Assembly (NCBI GenBank): GCA_030390025.1 | Contig: CM059431.1 | Location: 137,270,001 to 137,334,000, forward strand | DNA: 64,000 bases | Direction: 5' to 3' | From: Squalus acanthias | Taxonomy: Eukaryota | Shown: in pieces, positions 22,757 through 36,100 of the stretch | Position numbering within the stretch: the first letter of the stretch is position 1 | Layout: every line of letters begins with the position of its first letter | Notes under the pieces: model-generated | The model's database searches: none | What the model was told of the DNA's origin: nothing | What the model saw: only the letters and a program-made list of their open reading frames with translations | Translations under genes and position numbers: made by a program

Positions 22757-23968
22757 TAAAATTGAGAGGTCGCACAACACCAGGTTATAGTCCAACAGTT
22801 TTATTTGAAATCACAAGCTTTCGGAACTATCGCTCCTTCCTCAGGTGAAGTAAATTGGATACAGAATCGTCAGAGCATATATAGATGGAAAAAAAAGCAT
22901 GTGTACTTTACAATTGCAGACCAATAAATTAAATCATCCTGACTATCTGCCGAGGTGTGATAAAGTTAATTAAGTCAGCCAGGAAGGTACCACATCAAAA
23001 GACATAGCAAGATACAACTGAGACAATGAGGTGAAGTCGCAGGGGTTCTAACGTGTCAAGAGCTGCCGTCTGTATGTAAAACGAAAAGCTTTAAAAAAAA
23101 TTTTACTTTTTTACTGGGAAAAATTTTTACTTTTTTACTGGGAATCACATCTGTGAACAAGCTAACGACGACTCGAGTCCGGATCACGTCATGTATCGTG
23201 ACATAAACCCAAGATCCCGATTGAGACCGTCTTCATGAGTGCAGAACTTGGCTATCAGTTTCTGCTCGATGATTTTGCGTTGTCGTGTGTTTCTAAGGTT
23301 GCCTTGGAGAACGCTTACCCGCAGATCCGAGGCTGAATGTCCTTGACTGCTGAAGTGTTCCCCGACTGGGAGGTAACAATCCTGCCTGGCGATTGTTGCG
23401 CGGTGCTCGTTCATACGTTGTCTCAGTGTCTGCATGGTCTCGCCGATGTACCATGCCGCGGTGCATTCTTTCCTGCAACGTATGAGGTAGACAACGTTGG
23501 CCGAGTCACATGAGTATGTACCATGTACCTGGTGGGTAGTGTCCTCACGTGTGATGGTGGTATCTGTGTTGATGATCTGGCATGTCTTGCAGAGTTTGCC
23601 ATGGCAGGGTTGTGTGGTGTCGTGGTCGCTGTTATCCTGAAAGCTGGGTAATTTGCTGCGAACGATGGTACTTCTGAGGTTAGGCGGCTGTTTGAAGGCA
23701 AGTAGTGGAGGCGTGGGGATGGCCTTAGCGAGGTGTTTGTCGTCATCGATGACATGTTGAAGGCTGCGAAGAACATGTCGTAGTTTCTCCGCTCCGGGGA
23801 AGTACTGGACGACGTAGGGTACCCTGTTGGTTGTGTCCCGTGTTTGCCTTCTGAGGAGGTCTATGCGATTTTTCGCTGTGGCCCGTCGGAACTGTCGATC
23901 GATGAGTCGAGCGTCATATCCCGTTCTTACGAGGGCGTTTTTCAGCGTCCGTAGGTGTCCATCGCGTT
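22757..23968 (-). mobile_element. Penelope-like element 3' fragment (GIY-YIG endonuclease)
   Basis: Reading across frames gives NVVYLIRC..WYIGETMQTLRQRMNEHR..IEQKLIAKF..GLNRD, typical of PLE GIY-YIG domains. Inserted in the RT of element D. Confidence 0.9.
22811..22848 (-). ncRNA. Minimal type I hammerhead ribozyme motif
   Basis: TCAC CTGAGGA A GGAGC GATA GTTCC GAAA GCTT GTGA: CUGANGA and GAAA core, stems I and II paired, palindromic AAGCTT stem III. Confidence 0.8.
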
Positions 23969-26900
23969 CCCAGCCAGTTACTTATCCAATCGGCCAAATT
24001 TCCCTCTATCCCACAACTCCTTACTTTCTTCATGAGCCGACCATGGGGAACCTTATCAAACGCCTTACTAAAATCCATGTATACGACATCAACTGCTCTA
24101 CCTTCATCTACACACTTAGTTACCTCCTCAAAGAATTCAATCAAATTTGTTAGGCAAGACTTACCCTTCACGAATCCGTGTTGACTATCCCTGATTAAGT
24201 TGCCTCTTTCCAAATGGTCATAAAACCTATCCCTCAGGACCTTTTCCATTATCTTACCAACCACCGAAGTAGGACTAACCGGCCTATAATTACCAGGGTC
24301 ATTCCTATTTCCTTTCTTGAAGAGAGGAACAACATTCGCCACTCTCCAGTCCTCTGGCACCATCCCCGTGGACAGTGAGGACCCAAAGATCAAAGCCAAA
24401 GGCTCTGCAATCTCCTCCCTTGCCTCCCAAAGAATCCTAGGATATATCCCATCTGGCCCAGGGGACTTATCGACCCTCAGGTTCTTCAAAATTGCTAAAA
24501 CATCTTCCCTCAGAACATCTACCTCCTCCAGCCTATCCACCTTTATCACACTCTCATCCTAAAAAACATGGCCCCTCTCCTCGGTGAACACTGACGAAAA
24601 GTATTCATTCATCACCTCTCCTATCTCTTCTGACTCCATGCACAAGTTCCCACTACTGTCCTTGACCGGCCCTAACCTCACCCTGGTCATTCTTTTATTT
24701 CTCACATAAGAGTAAAAAGCCTTGGGGTTTTTCTTGATCCGACCCGCCAAGGACTTCTCCTGCCCCCTCCTAGCTCTCCTAAGCTCTTTTTTTTTAGCTC
24801 ATTCCTTGCTACCTTGTACCCCTCAATCGACCCAACTGAACCTTGTTTTCTCATCCTTACATACGCTTCCTTTTTCCTCTTGACTAGACATTCAACCTCT
24901 TTTGTGAACCATGGTTCTCTCACTCGGCCATTTCCTCCCTGCCTGACAGGGACATACCTATCAAGGACACGCAGTAATTGCTCCATGAAAAAGCTCCACT
25001 TTTCGTTTGTGCCTTTCCCTGATAGTTTCTGTTCCCATCTTATGCTCCCTAATTCTTGCCTAATCGCATCATAATTACCCCTCCCCCAATTATAAACCCT
25101 GCCCTGCCGTATGGCCCTATCCCTCTCCATTGCAATAGTGAAAGTCACCGAATTGTGGTCGCTATCTCCAAAGTGCTCTCCCACATACAAATCAACCACT
25201 TGGCCCGGTTCATTACCCAGTACCAAATCCAACGTGGCCCCACCTCTTGTCGGCCTATCCACATATTGTGTCAGGAAACCCTCCTGCACACACTGTGCAA
25301 AAACTTTCCCATCCGAACTGTTTGACCTATAAAGGTTCCAATCAATATTTGGAAAGATGAAGTCACCCATGACAACTACTCTGTGACCTCCACACCTATT
25401 CATATTCTGCTTTGCAATTTCTTCCTCCACATCTCTATTACTATTTGGGGGCCTGTAGAAAACTCCTAACAACGTGACCGCTCCTTTCCTATTTCTAACT
25501 TCAGCCCATATTACCTCAGACGGCAGATCCCCCTCGAACTGTCTTTCTGCCGCTGTTAAACTATCCTTGATTAACAATGCTACTCCTCCACCTTTCTTAC
25601 CACCTTCCCTACTCTTACTGAAACATCTATACCCCGGAACGTCCAACAACCATTCCTGTCCCTGTTCTAAGCATGTCTCCGTAATGGCCACCACATCGTA
25701 GTCCCAAGTACCAATCCACGCTCCAAGTTCTCCTACCCATTCCGGATGCTCCTTGCATTGAAGTAGACACACTTCAAGCCATCTTCCTGTCTGCCGGTAC
25801 ATTCCTGCGACCTTGATACCCTCCTCAGTACCTCCCTACACTCACCACTGGCTCCTGGACTACAGCCCTTTTTCCCATCCCCCTGACAAATTAGTTTAAA
25901 CCCCCCCGAAGTGCCGTAGCAAATTTCCCTCCCAGGATATTGGTGCCCCTCTGGTTCAGGTGCAAACCGTCCTGTTTGTACAGGTCCCACCTTCCCCAGA
26001 ATGTGCTCCAATTATCCACATAACTGAAACCCTCCCCCCTACACTATCCCTGCAGCCACGTGTTTATCTGCACTCTCTCCCTGTTCCTCAACTCGCTAGC
26101 ACGTGGCACCGGCAACAAACCAGAAATTACAACATGGTTTGTACTGGCTCTCAGCTTCCAACCTAGCTCCCTAAATTCATGTTTTAAATCCCCGTCCCTT
26201 CTCCTACCTATGTCGTTGGTACCGATGTGTACCACGACTTGTGATTGTTCCCCCTCCCCCTTGAGGATTCTGAAAACACGGTCCGAGACGTCACGGACCC
26301 TGGCACCCGGGAGGCAACATACCATCCGTGAGTCTGTTTTGCTGCCACAGAACCTCCTATCTGTCCCTCTGACTTTTGAGTCCCCAATAACTATTTCTCT
26401 CCTGCTCTCCCCCCTTCCCTTCTGAGCCACAGGGACGGAGCCAGCGCCGGAGATCCGGTCACCGTGGCTTACCACTGGTAGGTCGTCCCCCTCAACAGTA
26501 TCCAAAGCGGTATACCTGTTACTGAGGGGAACGACCACAGAGGATCTCTGCACTGACTGCTTCCTCCTAGCCCCTCTCACCGTCACCCATCCATCTTCAT
26601 TCTTTGGAGTAATTACATCCCTGAAGCTTCTATCTATGACCTCCTCTGCCTCCCGAATGATCCGAAGTTCATCCAGCTCATGCTGTAGCTCCAGTTCCCT
26701 AACACGGTTTTCGAGGATTCCTGCTCCTATTTCTTATATTCTTATCCCAATTGATATTTCGTTAATTAAAGTCCCACAATATCACCACTCTATAGCTCCT
26801 GCATATCTCTGCGATTTCCCTGCAGATTTGCTCCTCTACCTCCCTCACACTATTTGAAGGCCTATAGAATATCCCCGATAGCGTGAGAATAACCATTTTG

Positions 26901-28174
26901 CTCCTCAACTCTAAACAAATGGATTCTGTCCTTGTCCCCTCAAGAATATGCTCCATTTCCAAAACTACAATGTCTTCCTTAATCAGCAATGCCACCCCAC
27001 CTCCCTTTTATCCTTCCCTATATTTTCTGAACACCTTGTACCCTTGAATATTTAGCCCCAGTCCTCACCATTTTAAGCCACGTTTCCATTAATGCCACGA
27101 CATTATATTGACACACGTTAAATTTAGTTTGCAGCTCAGCAACCTTATTCACCACACTTTGTGCGTTTACGTACATGCATTCTAAACCCATTTTTGATTT
27201 TTCGCAGTCTTTCTTAGGCTGCTCCTATCTAATATTGTACTACATCCGGCTCTGATACTACATTCCTCTCTTGCACTATCCAACACACTCACTCTTTTAT
27301 GCACCGTATTTCTCTTTTCTACATCTATATGCTGGTGCCCATCCTCCTGCCAAGCTAGTTTAAACCCGCCCAACAGCATTAGCAAACCTCCCCGCTCCAG
27401 GCCATACGGCACCTCGAGCCTGCTCCGCCATTCAATAATATAATGGACGATCCTCTAACTCAACTCCACCTGCTCGCCCGATTCCCATATTCCTTGATTC
27501 GGCTACAGTCCAAAAATCTATCTATCTCAGACTTGAATATACTCAACGAAACTGCCAGAGATAACTTTGTCGGTGCCACGGATTCATGGAATAATAGAAT
27601 GATACAGCACAGAAGGAGCCCATTTGGCCCACCGTGCCTGTGGAAAGAGAACGGACTCCCCAGAAAGATGTCAACGTCCTGCAGATTCTCCCGGTTCCAC
27701 TCCGGGGAACGTCTTGTCCTCACTGAGTTACACAGTTCGGCTCTACAAGTGGAACTTATTGGCCTTTCTGTCACCTCACACGGCGTCTTCATTCATCTCA
27801 GAACATGGACAATCTCCATGGACAAGAGAAAGTATGGATAACTAATTTTCTCTGCCGAGTGGATCGAAAACCAGAGGTCATAGATTTTTTTAAATTGGCA
27901 AAAGAAGTAGAGGGGTCATTAGGAGAATGTTTTCACAAAGAGTATTGTTAAGATCTGGAACACATTCCCTGAAAGGATGTTGGCATCAGATTCCATAGGA
28001 ACTTTCAAACGGCAATTAGACATGTATTTGAAGAGATTTATTTAGCAGGGATATGGAGATAAAGCTGGGGTGTGGGACAAAATTGGACAGTTCTTTCTAA
28101 TAGCTGGCACAGGCAGGATGGGCAGAATGTCCTTATTCTGTGCTGCAATATTCTATGATCCTCAGATTCTATGA

Positions 28175-30190
28175 CGAAAGGGTAGGGTAAGGTAACCAAA
28201 GCAAGGGGTTCTTGGATGACGAGAGAGATAGAGCAGATGACGAAACAAATAAAGAGGGTGTTTGTCAGGTGAATTCTTCAAGGGAGAACCAGATCAAATA
28301 CAATAAATTGAGAGGGTATGTGAAAGATGAAAATAAGTTTGGCAAAGAGAGAATATGAGAGCAGCATGGCGGTAAACATAAAAGGGAACACAAAAATATT
28401 CTACTGGCATGTAAACAGTAAGCGGGTAGTAAGAGGTGGGGTGGGGCCTATTAGAGATAAAGAAGGTGATATATGCTATGATGTGCAGGGCAAGGCTAGA
28501 ATAATCAATGAGTTCTTCGTATCGGTGTTTACTGAGGAGGTGGATGCTTACAAAATATCGGTAAAAGTGGAAAGGAAGCAAAGGATGGGGTTACAAATTG
28601 ATAGACAGGATGTACTAGAAAGGCTGGGTATGCTGGGAGTGGACAAGTCGCCTGGTCCAGATGGCTTGCATCCCAGGTTGCTAAGGGATTTGGGGGAGGA
28701 GATAGCGGAATGGCTTGCCATAATTTTCCAATCTTCCCTAGATGCGGGGGCGGTGCCTAAGGATTGGAAACTGGCAAATGTGACACCTTTGTTCAAGAAA
28801 GGGTATAAGGACATCCCAATATCTACAGGCCCGTCAGTTTAACATCAGTGTTGACTAAAGCTTTAGTAACAGTAATCAAGGAAAAAAACTAACGGGCACT
28901 TGGAGAGGTTTAAGCTAATTAAGGAGAGCCAACACGGATTTGTAAAAGGCAGATCGTGTTTGACTAATCTAATTGATTTCTTTGATGAAGTAACAGATAG
29001 GATTGATGAAGAGATTGCAATGGATGATGTCTACATGTGTTTTCGGAAGGCATTTGATAAAATACCACATAGAAGGCTGATTAACAAAATTGAGGCTCAT
29101 GGAATGGGTGGGTCAGTGGCAGCTTGGATAAGAAATTGGCTTAAGGACAGAAAACAACGAGTTGTGGTAAATGGCTGTTTTTCAGACTGGAGAATGGTAG
29201 GCAGTGGTGTTCCCCAAGGGTCAGTGCTGGGGCCACTGTAATGAACGGGCATAGTTTCAGAATAAGGGGTCGCACATTTAAGACGGATATGAGGAGGAAT
29301 TTATTCTCTCAGACGGTCGTGAATCTTTGGAATTCTCTACCCCAGAGAGCAGTGGAGGCGAAGACACTCAATATATTCAAGGCGGAGATTGATAGATATT
29401 TGAACTATAAGGGAGTCAGGGGGTATGAGGAGAGAGCGGGAAAGTGGTGATGAGGCCAAGATTGGATCATCCATGATCTTATTGAATGGAGGAGCAGGCT
29501 CGAGGGGCCGGTTGCCCTACACCTGCTCCTGTTTCTTATGTTCTTACGTTCACTGCGTTTTTGGTATATATAAATAAACTGGATATTGGAATAAAGAATA
29601 GAATTTCTAAATTTGCCGATGACACCAACCTTTGCTGTGTTGCAAACAGTGATGATGATACCAATCGAATGCAAGAGGACATAGAAATTCTAGCAGAATG
29701 GGAAGACAAGTGGCAGATGGAATTCAATACAGAGAAGTGTGAGCTGATGCATTTTGGCAGAAGGAACAAGAGGAGGCAAAATACAATTAATGGCAAAGTT
29801 TTAAAGATTGTGCAGGGAGAGAGGCACCTGGGCGTTAATGTGCATAGGTCCCTGAAGCTGGCAGAACATATTGAGAGACTGGTTAACAAAGCAGATGGGA
29901 TCTTGGGCTTCATAAATAGAGGTATTGAGTACAAAAATAGATAAGATATGCTGAACCTTCATAAACCTCTGGTTAGGCCACAACTGGAGTATTGCCTCCA
30001 GGTCTGTTCACCACACTTTAGGAAGGATGTGAAGGCCCTTGAGAGGGTGCAGAGGAAATTAACCAGAATGGTTCCGGGGATGGGGGATCTTAGTTACAAG
30101 GACTGGTTGGAGAAGCTGGATTTGTTTTCATTTGCGGTAGAGGGGTGATTTGATAGAAGTGTTCAAGATTTCACGGGTTTGGATATGCTA
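28175..30190 (+). mobile_element. CR1 LINE fragment with a nested CR1 3' end (about 29241-29549)
   Basis: ORFs 28327..28842, 28900..29241, 29486..29944 and 29948..30148 are ORF2 pieces. The inner insert is flanked by CACTG. Confidence 0.85.
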
Positions 30191-30194
30191 GACG

Positions 30195-33100
30195 CCAGTG
30201 TTGTAATTGTACTGTAACGGCTTTGCTAGAGGCTCAGCTAGTTCTGGAGCTCAAGTCTTCAGCACGATAGCCGGGATGTTGTCGGAGCCCATAGCCTTTG
30301 CTGTTTACAGTGCGCTCAGCCGTTTCTTGACATCACGTGGAGTGAATCGAATTGGCTGAAGACTGGAATCTGTGCTGGTGGGGACCTCGGGAGTAGGTCG
30401 ATATGGATCATCCACTCGGCACTTCTGCCTGAAGATGGTTGCAAACACTTCAGTCTTGTATTTTGCACTCACGTGCTGGGCTCCACCATCATTGAGGATA
30501 GGGATATTCATTGAGCTTCCTCCTCCCGTTAGTTGTTTAATAGTCCACCACCATTCACGACTGGAATGTACTAGGACTGCAGAGCTTTGATCTGATCCAT
30601 TGATTGTGGGATCGCTTATCCATGTCTACAGCATGATGTTTCCGCTTTTTAGCATGCATGTAGTCCTGTGATCCAGCTTCCCCAGGTTGCACCTCATTTT
30701 CAGGCACGCCTGGTGCTGCTCCCGGCATGCTCTTCTACACTCCTTGTTGAACCAGGGTTGGTCTTCTGGCTTGGTGGTAATGGTAGAGTGAGGGATATGC
30801 CGGGCCATGTGTTTACTGATTGTGGTGGAATACAATTCTGCTGCTGATAATGGCCCACAGCGCATCATGGATGCCCAGTTTTGAGCTGCTAAATCTGTTC
30901 TGAATCTATCCCATTTAGTATGGTGGTAGTGCCACACGATGGAGGGTGTCCTCAGTGGAAAGACGGGACAGCGTCACCAAAGTTAATGTGCGGTGGTCAC
31001 TGCTACCAGTGCTGTAATGGACAGATGCATCTGCGACAGGTATATTGGCGAGGACGAGGTTGTCATAAATCGCAACGTCTTCAAGAAGTAACTCAGGAAG
31101 TACTACTGGGCGGCCAGCTGGGGCGCCCTCCGAGGAGTATAAATACTCGGGCGTGGGCCCACCTTGGGCAGAGACAATCTGGAAACAGGAAGCTCGTGAC
31201 TGCTAACTAGACCTCGATGTTTTGTTACAAGTCGATTAAAGCCTTGCTTTATTTTCAACCGAGTGCTAGTGAGTCTTTATTACGTCAATTTAATCGACTT
31301 GCATCGTCTCCACGCTTTGGATGATTCGGAACAACCAGCTGCAACTCGAACCACAGAAGGGAATTAGGGCAAGAAACTGATCCATCATGGAAAAACTTCT
31401 TAGACCCGCTCGTCTCGACCTGGACCCGAATGCACCTGCGGCAACGAAGGTATGGAAGCATTGGTTTCGTACCTTTAGCAACTTTCTTGAAGAATGTAGG
31501 GCGGATGCCCCTAATAAGTTACGAATGCTTTTTAACTACGTGTCCCCTCATGTGTATGATTATATTGAGGACTGTGTAGACTACGACACTGCAGTCCGAA
31601 TTTTACAGCAGCTATATGTCAAGTCCCCGAATGAAATCTTTGCTCGACACCTTCTGGCCACAACTCGGCAGCAGCCTGGGGAATCACTCGATTAATTCCT
31701 CCAAGAACTTCGCAGGCTCCGCAAGGATTGTAACCTTAAAGCGGTTACAGCTGAACAGTATCAAGAGGAACTAATCCGCGATTCCTTTATCAATGCAATT
31801 GCGTCCCCTTTTATACATCAGCGCCTGCTGGAAAATAAACCCCTCAATTTACAGACTGCTTATGACCAGGCGTGTTCCATGGACTTGGCCAAGAAGAATG
31901 CATACACTTATTTCCCACCACGTGCACGGGCGGCGGCTATCACCTTTAATGAGTCATTCGGTAGGTCTCGGGCGGATGCCCCCGCTGATGTTGACTCTAC
32001 TCAAACGGACGATGGCCCTACCCTCGAGGCCTTCGCTGATGACGACCCCGCCCTAGCAGCATCCTGGCAATCAGGAAGAAATTGTTTCTTTTGTGGCGGG
32101 GCGTGCCATTACAGAAAATTTTACCCGGCTCATAATGTGACCTGCAATCATTGCAGCAAGAAAGGACACCTTTCCAAGGTATGCCAGTCACGGGCCTCTG
32201 CTAACAAGAAAGGCCGTTCCTCTAAAGTATACCGGTCGAGAGCTCCTGTTAGCTTCACAGATGCTATCGATGGAGCTGCTCATCCCCCAAGAACCATTGT
32301 TAAGGAAAATTGCCCCTCCTCCCATCACAGCTGTTTTTCCTCAAAGTTTGTCCCATGCAGCCACGAAGGTTTCAGTAAATGGGCACATTCTAAGCGCGCT
32401 AATCGACTCCTGCAGCTCTGACAGCTTCATTAGTAAGCGGGATGTCAGAAGGTTAAAACTGTGCATTTATCCCTCCGACAGGGAGATTGTAATGGCTCTG
32501 ACGACTCTGACCACCAATTCTTCTGGCTTCTGTCTTGTCAACCTCATCCTCAATGGCCGCACTTATCCCTCCACCCGGCTCGGAGTACTCGAAAACTTAT
32601 GCAGCGATATGCTTCTGGGACAGGACTTCCAGAAGCAGCACAAGAGACTCACTTTTGAGTTTCGAGGGTCAAGGCCGGTGCTTACCATTTCTAAGGTGCC
32701 GTGTTGTGCGCTCTCGGCGGTCTTACTCGGTGAACCCTCCCTGTTTGCCAATCTTTCCCCCCGCTGTAAACCCATAGCCGCCAACTCGCGGTGCTTTAGC
32801 TAAGACGATTGAGCATTTATCGAGGCAGAAATCTCTCACCTTTTAATCGATGGTATTATCGAGCCGTGTTCATCTCCCTGGCGGGCTCAAGTCGTCATTG
32901 TGAAAAATCCCTTAAAACAACATAAAAAACGTCTGTGTATCGATTATTCGCAGACTATTAATCAATATACCGATCTGGATGCCTACCCGCTACCACGCAC
33001 AGATGACATGGTGAACAACGTTGCCAAATGCAAGTTATTTTCGACCTTCGATTTGAAAAGCATGTACCATTAGGTGCCGCTGAAAGACTCCGACAAGAAG

Positions 33101-36100
33101 TATACGGCCTTTGAGATCAATGGTCGGCTTTTTCAGTTTCACCGCCTTCCATTCGGGGTCACCAATGGGGTGGCCGTCTTCCAACGGGCAATGGATGGCC
33201 TAGTCCGGCAAGAGAACTTGACGGATACCTTTCCGTATTTAGACAATATCACTATTCCCGGCCATGATCAAAAGTTGCATGACGCCAATCTTCAGAGATT
33301 TTTTGACGTTTCCGTCATCGCCACTTAACGTTAAACGAATCCAAATCGGTGAAATCGGTGCCATCAGTGAACATTCTTGGCTACTGGGTGGGCAACGGTG
33401 TTATTAAACCGGACCCAGAGCGACTTCGTCCATTTCAGGAGCTCCCTCCCCCTACGAACCTCGGCTCTCTTCGTTGGGCAGTTGGCATGTTTGCTTATTA
33501 CGCAAAGTGGATACCACACTTCTCCGATAAAATACAGCCCCTGCTCCATGCGAAGTCTTTTCCATTGGAAGCTACGGCTATTTCTGCCTTCAACCTCCTC
33601 AAACGACAGCTGGAGAAAGCCACGCTTCGCTCCATTGATGAAAACCTTCCTTTTGTGCTCGAATGCGATGCATCGGAGGTGGCAATCTTGGCTACCTTGA
33701 ATCAAAGTGGCCGACCCGTGGCATTCATATCCAGAACCTTGCAGGGTAGCGAGCTCCATTACACCCCCGTCGAGAAGGAGGCTACAGCCATCATCGAGGC
33801 TGTACGCCAATAGGGTCATTTTCTTGCTCGGCGTCATTTTAGGCTTATAACTGACCAGCGCTCCGTGGCCTTCATGTTGGATAACAGGAAGCGCACGAAA
33901 ATCAAAAATAATAAAATTCAACTCTGGAGGATGGAGCTGGCCGCATTTGGATATACTATCCGTTACCAACCCAGCAAACAGAATGTGGCCCCAGATACAT
34001 TCACACGGGCATTTTGCTCTTCAATGTCAACGTCGACTCCGGCGGATTTGCATATGGACTTATGCCATCCTGGCGTGACCCGCATGTTGCACTTCGTGCG
34101 CTCCAAAGATCTACAATTTTCAACGGAGGACGTAAAGACAACATGCTCATCCTGTAGGATTTGTGCAAAATTGAAACCACAATTCTTCCGCCGATCAGAT
34201 GGCTTACTCATACATGCAATGCAGCCTATGCAGAGGCTCAGCATAGACTTTAAAGGGACATTGCCTTCGTCGACACGGAACAGCTACCTACTTACGATGG
34301 CAGACGAGTATTCATGCTTACCCTCCGCATTCCCCTGTCCTAATATGCTTACCTCTAAGGTAATTAAATGCCTCGATCAGGTCTTTTCCCTTTGCGGGAA
34401 GGCCAATTTTATCCACACGTATCGGGGTCCCTCCTTTATGTAGAGTGAACTTAAAAGTTATCTTTCCCAACAGGGAATCACCTCAAGTAAGACGACACCA
34501 TATCACCCAATCGGCAACGGACAGGTTGAACGATACAATGCCATCATCTGGAATGCTGTCCGTCTGGCACTGAGATCACGCAACCTACCGGACCAGCAGT
34601 GGGAAACGGGGCTCCCCGACGTGTTACATTCTATCAGGTCTCTTTTCTCCACATCTACTAATGTCCCACCTCAGAGCGATTCTTCAAATTCCGGCGTCGC
34701 CCTACACATGGGACGTCTCTATCGTCATGGTTGGTGGCTCCAGGCCCTGTGCTACTCCGGAGGTTCGTCCGGTCTGCCAAAAACGACCCTCTCGTTGACC
34801 AGGTGGAGTTAACAGAGGTAAACCCCACGTATGCGCACGTACGGTACCCTGATGGCCGGGAGGCCACCATCTCGCTCAGAGATCTGGCTCCCTGCCCAAC
34901 CAGTCATATGGGCCCAAATGATGAAGGATCCCACGAGGATGATATCAACACTCTGCATCCTTATGAAAATGACGCCCCACTTGGGATATCGAGGGATCTG
35001 CCGGAAGCGCTACCGGATCAACTCAGGGAGCCGGACGCTCCCCGTAGGATGGCCACCCGAAGCCAGGATGCCGGACAATCTCCAGCCACGACCCGGGATG
35101 AGGCCAGCCCTGCGCCTGTGGGGACCCGCACCCAGAGTCATGATATTCCCAGTCCTCCACAGGATGATCGAGACGACGCAGACTCTACCGACATACCGGT
35201 ATGGGCCAAGCGACCCAGTGACCCAGACACGGTCCGGGGAGACGTGCCTTCCAGTCACAAGCGGAGAGCTAAAGGACTACGGCTATTTCTGGTCCACCTA
35301 GTCCATTAAAGGAAGACTGGACTTCCAAACCTTTTAGGGAGGAAGAATGTCAAAATTGCAAGTTTCTGCAAGAAGTAACTAAGGAAGTACTACTTGGCGG
35401 CCAGCTGGAGCACCGTCCGAGGAGTTAAATACTCGGGCGTGGACCCACCTTGGGCAGAGACAATCTGGAAACAGGAAGCTAGTGACTGCTAACTAGACCT
35501 CCATGCTTTGTTACAAGTCGATTGAAGCCTTGCTGTATGTTCAACCAAGTGCGTGGTGATCTTTATTACATCAGAGGTCAAGTATCTTTTTCCCTCGTGT
35601 TGGTTCTCTCACCACCTGTTGCAGGCCCAGACTGGCAGTTACATCCTTCAGGACTCGGCCAGCTTGGTCAGTAGTGGTGTTGCCGAGCCACTCTTGGTGA
35701 TGGACAATTCCCCCATCCAGAGTATATTCTGTGCCCTTGCTACTCTCAGTGCTTCTTCCAAGTGGTGTTCAACATGGAGGAGTACTGATTCATCAGCTGA
35801 GGGATGGCGGTATTTGGTAATCAGCAGGAGGCTTGCTTGACCTGAGACTTCATGGGCTCCAGAGTCAAGGTTGAAGACTCCCAGGGCCACTCCTTCCCGA
35901 CTGTATACCACTGTGCCGCCACCACTGGTGGGTCTATCCTGCCGGTGGGACAGGACATACCCAGCGATGGTGATGTAGGAGTTCGTGACATTGACTGAAA
36001 GGTATGATTCTGTGAGTATGACTATATCTGGCTCTTGCTTTACTAGTCTGAGGGACAGCTCTCCCAATTTTGGCACAAGTCCCCAGATGTCGGGGAAGGA

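Larger units (their letters stand above)
21693..26718 (-). mobile_element. Near full-length CR1/HER1-type LINE 'D' with ORF1 (SGNH esterase-like) and ORF2
   Basis: (CATAGAAA)n tail; ORF2 pieces 22025..22795, 23914..24549, 24702..25802; ORF1 26044..26586 with VIGDSKVRG and VVHIGTND esterase blocks. Confidence 0.95.
20383..26745 (+). mobile_element. CR1 LINE 'C' 3' half (20383-21692), with its tail resuming at 26719-26745
   Basis: RT ORFs 20291..21611 (FADD, RVVNLWNSLP). The 3' UTR 'ggcctatt|cctgctcctatttcttat' is split by element D. Confidence 0.85.
14871..27395 (-). mobile_element. CR1 LINE 'A', split by later insertions (segments about 14871-16260, 16374-16512, 19463-20380, 26746-27395)
   Basis: (GAGTCATA)n tail at the left. 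ORF2 fragments are colinear on the minus strand across all segments: C-terminus 14973..15278, RT 15836..16231, tether 19688..20249, endonuclease 26762..26995. Confidence 0.85.

Noticed and set aside
34731..35309. env-like or extra ORF in the Gypsy element
   Set aside because: It begins with the integrase C-terminal module (VLLRRFVR..YAHVRYPDGRE) followed by a low-complexity tail; no TM segment or signal peptide.
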